A stretch of DNA of 63,166 nucleotides, filler included, from Perkinsus chesapeaki ATCC PRA-425 (lineage: Eukaryota; Protista; Perkinsozoa): assembly GCA_013115145.1 (NCBI GenBank). It is 11 parts of 11 records of this genome, joined end to end, with 100 filler letters (N's around TTAATTAATTAA, not from the genome) between each part and the next. Parts side by side here need not be neighbours in the genome. Positions count along the whole stretch, not along the records: positions 57,690 to 58,701 come from JAAPAO010002284.1; positions 58,802 to 61,677 come from JAAPAO010001504.1; positions 61,778 to 63,166 come from JAAPAO010001991.1; 8 more parts are not named here. One strand, given 5' to 3'. Shown piece by piece: positions 57,803-63,166 of the stretch (positions within the stretch are counted from its first letter, which is position 1; the number at the start of each line of letters is the position of its first letter). The notes beneath the pieces were generated by a model. The model searched no databases, had not been told where the DNA came from, and worked only from the letters and a program-made list of their open reading frames with translations. A program made the position numbers and the translations under genes.

Positions 57803-58701
57803 CTACTTAGCTGCCTTGGAGTCTTTTCCATGAGTCCCGGTAGACTCTCCGTTACTCGCAGAGTCTGTCTTACCCCTCTGTTTGTTGTAAGGGCCAGAGC
57901 GCCGAGAACCATTACCCTTACCACGGCTGCTCTTTCCCGCATCCGCAGATGAACCAGAAGGCTTCGGCGGATTCTTGTTCGGGGCTGACTCGCGAGTCTG
58001 GAACTCAATCGCAGCTTCCGCGAAGCTGGAGCTCACCTCGTCTGCCGAGAACCATTTATAAATATCCTCAGATTGACATGACGCCATCTTATTAGGTACC
58101 GATTTGCGGTGATACCGATCGTAGAAAATAACACGGCCCCAGCCTTTGGATGCCAAGCTCAGCACTCTCGTACAGTACAGAATTAAAGTAAGGAGATTGC
58201 CTTCGGGAAAGGCCAACCACGTAGCGATACTCCACCTAAGGAGACACCCAGGAACCTCGGCACCTGGAACGAATAGGTGTTCAGAATCCTTCTTGGAAAC
58301 CAAGACCTCGACCGGGCTACCATCAACCGAGGTGCAGAACTCCGTACCAGCCACCTCGTTGCCGGCGAAGGTTCGGTACTCCGCCAACTCGGTGAACTTG
58401 CCGCCACGAACGGAAGCAACTACCTTAGCGGACGGGAGCAGAGCAGAGGGGATCTCGTGACCAAACTTCTCAGTGGCTGAGGCAACGAGCTTCTTAAGGT
58501 CTGCCTCGACCTGCTTAGCAGAAGCCTCTCTCTTAGCTCTCTCCGCCGCAAGCTCGACGTAGGCACCGCTCTCGCCAGAAGCAGCCATCCCAGACGAGCA
58601 TAGAACCTGGCGCTTGCGCGCAACCGCAGCGTCACCGTCATCACCAGGGACTGCAACCTTAGCTGCGGCATCCCAGAAGCTCTCGCGCAAACGCGCTACT
58701 A
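57803..58701 (-). mobile_element. Gag-like ORF1 of a DIRS/Ngaro-type (tyrosine recombinase) retrotransposon, 5'-truncated
   Basis: Intronless ORF with LYCTRVLSLASKGWGRVIFYDRYHRK…W, resembling the Y…I..LA..W..V..YD..FR motif of DIRS-like gags, and a basic C-terminal tail. Confidence 0.5.
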
Positions 58702-58801
58702 NNNNNNNNNNNNNNNNNNNNNNNNNNNNNNNNNNNNNNNNNNNNTTAATTAATTAANNNNNNNNNNNNNNNNNNNNNNNNNNNNNNNNNNNNNNNNNNN
58801 N

Positions 58802-59441
58802 ATCTCTTTCATCAGGCAGCATGCCAGTACATATGAAGTTAACTTCAAGCCTCTCCTTGTACATACAAGAGGAGACGGTCACAACCTGTGACTTGAAGCC
58901 CAGGAGGGAACTTGATATTGCAGAGACTTTCATACTGTATCGGGTGGTGGTTTATAGCGATGGCCGTTGTCTCCATACAGGACAAAGGTAATTGAATTCC
59001 TAATACGAATTTCTTATGTACTTCGAGGATCCACTACAAAGGAGAGAAACACGAAAAACAATATGCTTGGAAACTACTTCATTAGATGGACGACGACGCA
59101 ACATTCGGGATCTCCAAAACATCCTCCATCGAAGAATGCTCGATGGCATCCATCATCATCAGCTGCCGCACTGGCGTCAGCGGCAATACAAGCAGCTTCC
59201 CAATACCCCGTTGCAGGGCTCTCGATGGGACCACAGGCGGGTGGGATCGACTCACACAAGAATACCAATTTGGTATTACCAAGACATCAGTCATCACATG
59301 GTGGAATTCCGTGGCGCGGGAAACAGAGCAAAAGAGCTCATGTATGGACAGCTTGCCACCAAGCTCGACGAACTGCAAGTCGGTGAGCATTATGAGCGTA
59401 GTAGGCTTGAAAACCATCTATTTGTGGTTAGTATCTACTAG
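58802..59441 (+). CDS. C-terminal fragment of a hypothetical multi-exon protein
   Basis: Open exons running from the contig edge to ORF 59016-59441. Confidence 0.35.
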
Positions 59442-59994
59442 TTACTTATAATTCCTTTTGCCGCATGCAACATGCAATTTTCCAATCCTTCTCGCATATG
59501 CCGGGAATCAAAGAATGTTTCAAAATGTCTTACGTGGCTTTAATCAGTCACTGCCTTGACTTTTGAAATCAAGCTCGTTGAAGGCCAAGAGGGTATCCGA
59601 ACCCGAAACTATTCGGAGCGGCTCCCAATTTTGTGGCGCGTGATAAAAGGTACGAGCTGATAGAGGGCTCGTGTAAGACCTCATCTCTGTAAAAATTTTT
59701 ATAATTTTTATGGGAGTCCCTCTTGACCTTTCCGGATACCCCCATTCCAGTGGTAACTCTCTTTTTGCGATATTATGAAATCGATACGTGACAGCCATTA
59801 TCACAGGGATGAGTGTACACCGAAGAATCTTGATTTTAGTCAGCGGCTCAGGCTTAACGTTTAGGTCATTACTATTCTTCACCACTAGGTTTTTCACTGA
59901 AGAACACACCGCCTTTTGTGTGAAAAAAAGCTAATGACCGAGGATGTGGGACTAAAAAAGCCACTTTTCAGAGCTTAGCCTTATTATAGCTCAT

Positions 59995-61050
59995 TCAATA
60001 GAGCTGGCCAACAGAAGAAGGAGCAAAAGCACACGTGTGGGTTCCGATGCATGGCGCATTCAATGATGGAGGTCGACCAGATATAACACGACAATATTTT
60101 CCAGATTCAAACTCCTAATAGCGGAGACACCGTTACGAAGTTTTCGCAGTGAATAACGAGCTGCCCTTGCGGCTTTACGGCATGTGGTGACATAGAGCCC
60201 GAGAATTGTACTCGGACGGCAGATTGATACATCATATTGCAAAAGCCTGAGATTAGCCGAGAGGTAATATTTCCCGCAAGTTGCTGACAGCAAGTGTGAT
60301 GACGTATCGTATACTCACCTGCTCCTTTTTTGACTTCGGGATGTCTTGGAATTCTAGCATAACCACCCTCCCCCCAACCCGTGCCCCAGCTGTTTCTTTT
60401 AACCCAGTAACTAGTAGGATAGTAACGAGGTTTAGGATGCGTAACGAAACTACGGGCGGTCACTTGAGTTTTTCCATTCTCGACGGATCTCAGTCGAGAT
60501 CTGAGGGAAAGCCCTCCAGGGAGTTGTTCGGTTTCTCATATCGATTCTTTTGTGGGAGCTTGACTGAAGCAGCTAAGCCGTAATTTACGGCCCGTAAACG
60601 TCAAACAATGCCGAACAGACCAGAATGCTGAGGAGATGAACTTGGTGAAAACATCTTCCTGGCAAACTCTTCTTGAGTCATGGCGGCAAACTGGTTAACC
60701 TTTAACGTATATGATAAATCTGAGGATCATCTACATAACAGTTTACAGATGTGGCGTTGCGACTCGCAATATCCCGCAATTTGGGAGGTAAGCCGCTCGT
60801 AACACGATGACATCGTGGCGATGTAGGAGTCTTATCGAATAAGGAACCGAAATCTCCAGTGTGGCTCGAATGCACCCATACTCAATAAGGGCCGGAGCAC
60901 CCCGAACTCCTGGAACGTCGGAGTAGTGAAGACGAAATGCGGAAAAGCGGCAAGATACACGGGAATGACGAGGTGCTTTGATACAAGGGAACTGTTGATA
61001 TCACGAGTGTTGTAGATTTCAATTCGCTTACTTAAAGTGCGATGATTCAT
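59995..61050 (-). pseudogene. Papain-family (C1A) cysteine peptidase pseudogene, copy 1
   Basis: I29 pro-domain motif VNQFAAMTQEEF (60661-60699), FPSDLD* (TGA where W is expected), then [20 protein letters not shown]. No QxxCGSCW or catalytic His segment was found. Confidence 0.75.
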
Positions 61051-61210
61051 CGCCGATGAATAAATACCTTGTAATTGATCCGGTGCCCACTAGGGTCTGA
61101 ATTAAACTCATCGCCATTATTAGAACAAGAAAGTACTGAGTCAGTCCTACTGACTAGGTGAAACTACAATAACCACTTTGTCAAGGCCTGTGGGGCCCAT
61201 TATAGCCCAT

Positions 61211-61677
61211 TTAATAAAGGCGATTAACAGCAGAAGGAGCAAAAGCACACGTGCGCGCTCCGACCAATCGCGACTTCATGGCGTTCGAAAAGATGAAGGA
61301 TTGATAAAGACTGACCCCTACAGGATTATATAGCCACCTAATATGAACCTAAGTGGAACGCCGATACTCAGTTTGATTGTTGAAATTAGATTACCTTTAC
61401 GGCACGCATGTGGTGACGTTGACTCCGATAATTGTATTCTGCAGGCCACATTATACATCATATTGCAGAAGCCTGAGATTGGCCAAGATGCTTGATGATA
61501 GGTCTTATCAGCACCTGTGATGAAATATAGTATTCTTACCAGGTCCATGCGTAGCTTTGGGATCTCTAATAATCCTAGCATACCCACCTTCCCCCCAACC
61601 AGTTCCCCAGCTATTTCTTATAACCCAGTAACTATCGGATAGTAACGAAGTTTAGGATGGGCGATAGACTTGCCTTT
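61211..61677 (-). CDS. Papain-family peptidase C-terminal part, copy 2 (5' lost at the contig end)
   Basis: [21 protein letters not shown]…ISGFCNMMY…CAFAPS, paralogous to 59995-60430. Confidence 0.8.
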
Positions 61678-61777
61678 NNNNNNNNNNNNNNNNNNNNNNN
61701 NNNNNNNNNNNNNNNNNNNNNTTAATTAATTAANNNNNNNNNNNNNNNNNNNNNNNNNNNNNNNNNNNNNNNNNNNN

Positions 61778-62906
61778 ACTACACGAAGCTCACAATCATC
61801 CCGGCAGTGGTACTGGAATACGACGACTACAACGACTGATTATCTGGCACCGCATGCCCCGCGATGTCAGACGATGGACCTCCCAATGTATTATCTGCCT
61901 ACGAAGTCGCCGAGAACGCCAAGCTATGGACACCATCAACAAGTTCAGAGTTAAGAGTACCAAACCCCTAGAAGTTGTGAACATCGACTACTGCGGCCCT
62001 TACAATGGTACAAGCGGATCCCCAGTTGCTCTGGTTATGGTATGCGCAGCAACAGGTTATGTTTGTGCTAGATTACTTCCTGACCGCAAGCTATCGACCC
62101 TTATACATTGTCTATTTGTATTATTTCATGAAGTTGGTTTTCCATCAATTCTATGTTGTGATAGAGACAGCACTATTCTTGCGGCTACAGACCACTTAGC
62201 TTCATGGGGTATTATTACTGCTACTATCCCTTCCTATTCTGTTAAATTGGCATGGTGGGAACGTGTACATCGGCAACTTCATGACCATATGCGATCTTAT
62301 TTACTAACTCAACAAGCAGCTCTCAAGCAAAATGGCAATCCGTGTCCGCCACCTCCAAGTTTTACTGACACTGAAAAGGCATTAGCATCGAGTGTTCTTG
62401 CGGTTAACGAAACCCCTCGTGGCCCGGGAGGTATCACTCCCAATATGATGACCCGTAGTAACGGTGATGCCATGCTACCCAAGTCCCTAGTCTACAACTA
62501 CACCAACTCAGCAGAAGCAACTCAATATGTTAAAAGACTCCTCATCACCCCCATTAAGGATGAAACCACTGTTGAACAACTCCGCCAAGGTATGGCAATA
62601 TCCCTACGACAATATCTACAACTTGTTCGACTACCTCATCTTAAACGACATGATGGACGAGTTCGCTATCAAGTACCCATTGATCACCCTGCAAGTCAAC
62701 TGAAACCTGGTGATGATTGTTACTACTGGCGACCACGAGCCCACAAGCTATCTTCAAGTTGGCAACCTGCTAAGTTCTGTCTTCGTGTCCCTGGCACTAA
62801 CTACGCTATACTTGAGAAACCAGGAGGACAGAAGACTACTGAGTACTTCTTCAATGTTATGTGTATCCGTTCCGAAGATGACCTCAAGTCCACTTCTAAC
62901 AACTAA
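61778..62906 (+). mobile_element. LTR retrotransposon integrase (BEL/Pao-like features), 5'-truncated
   Basis: C..C finger, PLEVVNIDYCGP, MVCAATG, CCDRDST, WWERVHR, VNETP. The C..T and W.ER motifs are more typical of BEL/Pao. Confidence 0.85.
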
Positions 62907-63166
62907 TTATTCCTCTACATCTTCTATAAGCTCTACTGCAGCCTACTTCTCTACGACGACTGATACTCAAGTTGCTGTACGTCTCAAGGATAAGGCTGAT
63001 GAAAATTGCATTCGTTGTATTGTACAACTTGTATATACCTACTCTCTATTCATTGTGTATATTTTCCTCCTTCCCATGCCTCGCCTCCCCCGGGAGCATG
63101 GCGATTCACTACGCTCCGTCGAGCGCATCCATTGTCTCGCTCGCCAAGTAACGCTCGTAAGATATC

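Noticed and set aside
2336-61777. Recurring TTAATTAATTAA palindrome inside N runs, and ORFs ending in …LIN
   Set aside because: This is an artificial scaffold linker with stops in all frames. Cross-linker ORFs and gene neighbourhoods across linkers are not biological.

Overview
This window is eukaryotic and is not one continuous locus. It is 11 small contigs/scaffolds joined by an artificial 100-bp linker (44 N + TTAATTAATTAA + 44 N), plus three ordinary N gaps, so adjacency is only meaningful within a contig. Dense ~40-60 nt GT-AG introns, tightly packed co-directional genes and a plant-like FAE1 elongase point to a Perkinsus-type alveolate (inference). Host genes reconstructed by hand across introns: uridine kinase, a multi-EF-hand protein, UBC9, a type IIIK phosphoglycerate dehydrogenase, an Mrp/NBP35 ATPase, an intronless GH35 beta-galactosidase, two Reeler-domain paralogs, an FAE1-like KCS, APC2, a bacterial-type GST, an S28 peptidase and two papain-like pseudogenes. 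Mobile DNA is abundant and includes a complete young Ty3/gypsy element (35328-41483), other LTR, LINE, DIRS-like and hAT-like fragments, a RAG1/Transib-like transposase, a MULE-like element and a Tc1/mariner MITE. The most notable signal is in the complete Ty3/gypsy element. It has no tRNA primer-binding site. Instead it has an exact 11-nt complement between its LTR interior and the position just inside the 5' LTR, plus an 8-bp U5-leader stem, which is the geometry of Tf1-type self-primed reverse transcription. It is also inserted into a tRNA-like 3' fragment. Multi-exon gene boundaries are approximate, and no database searches were run.
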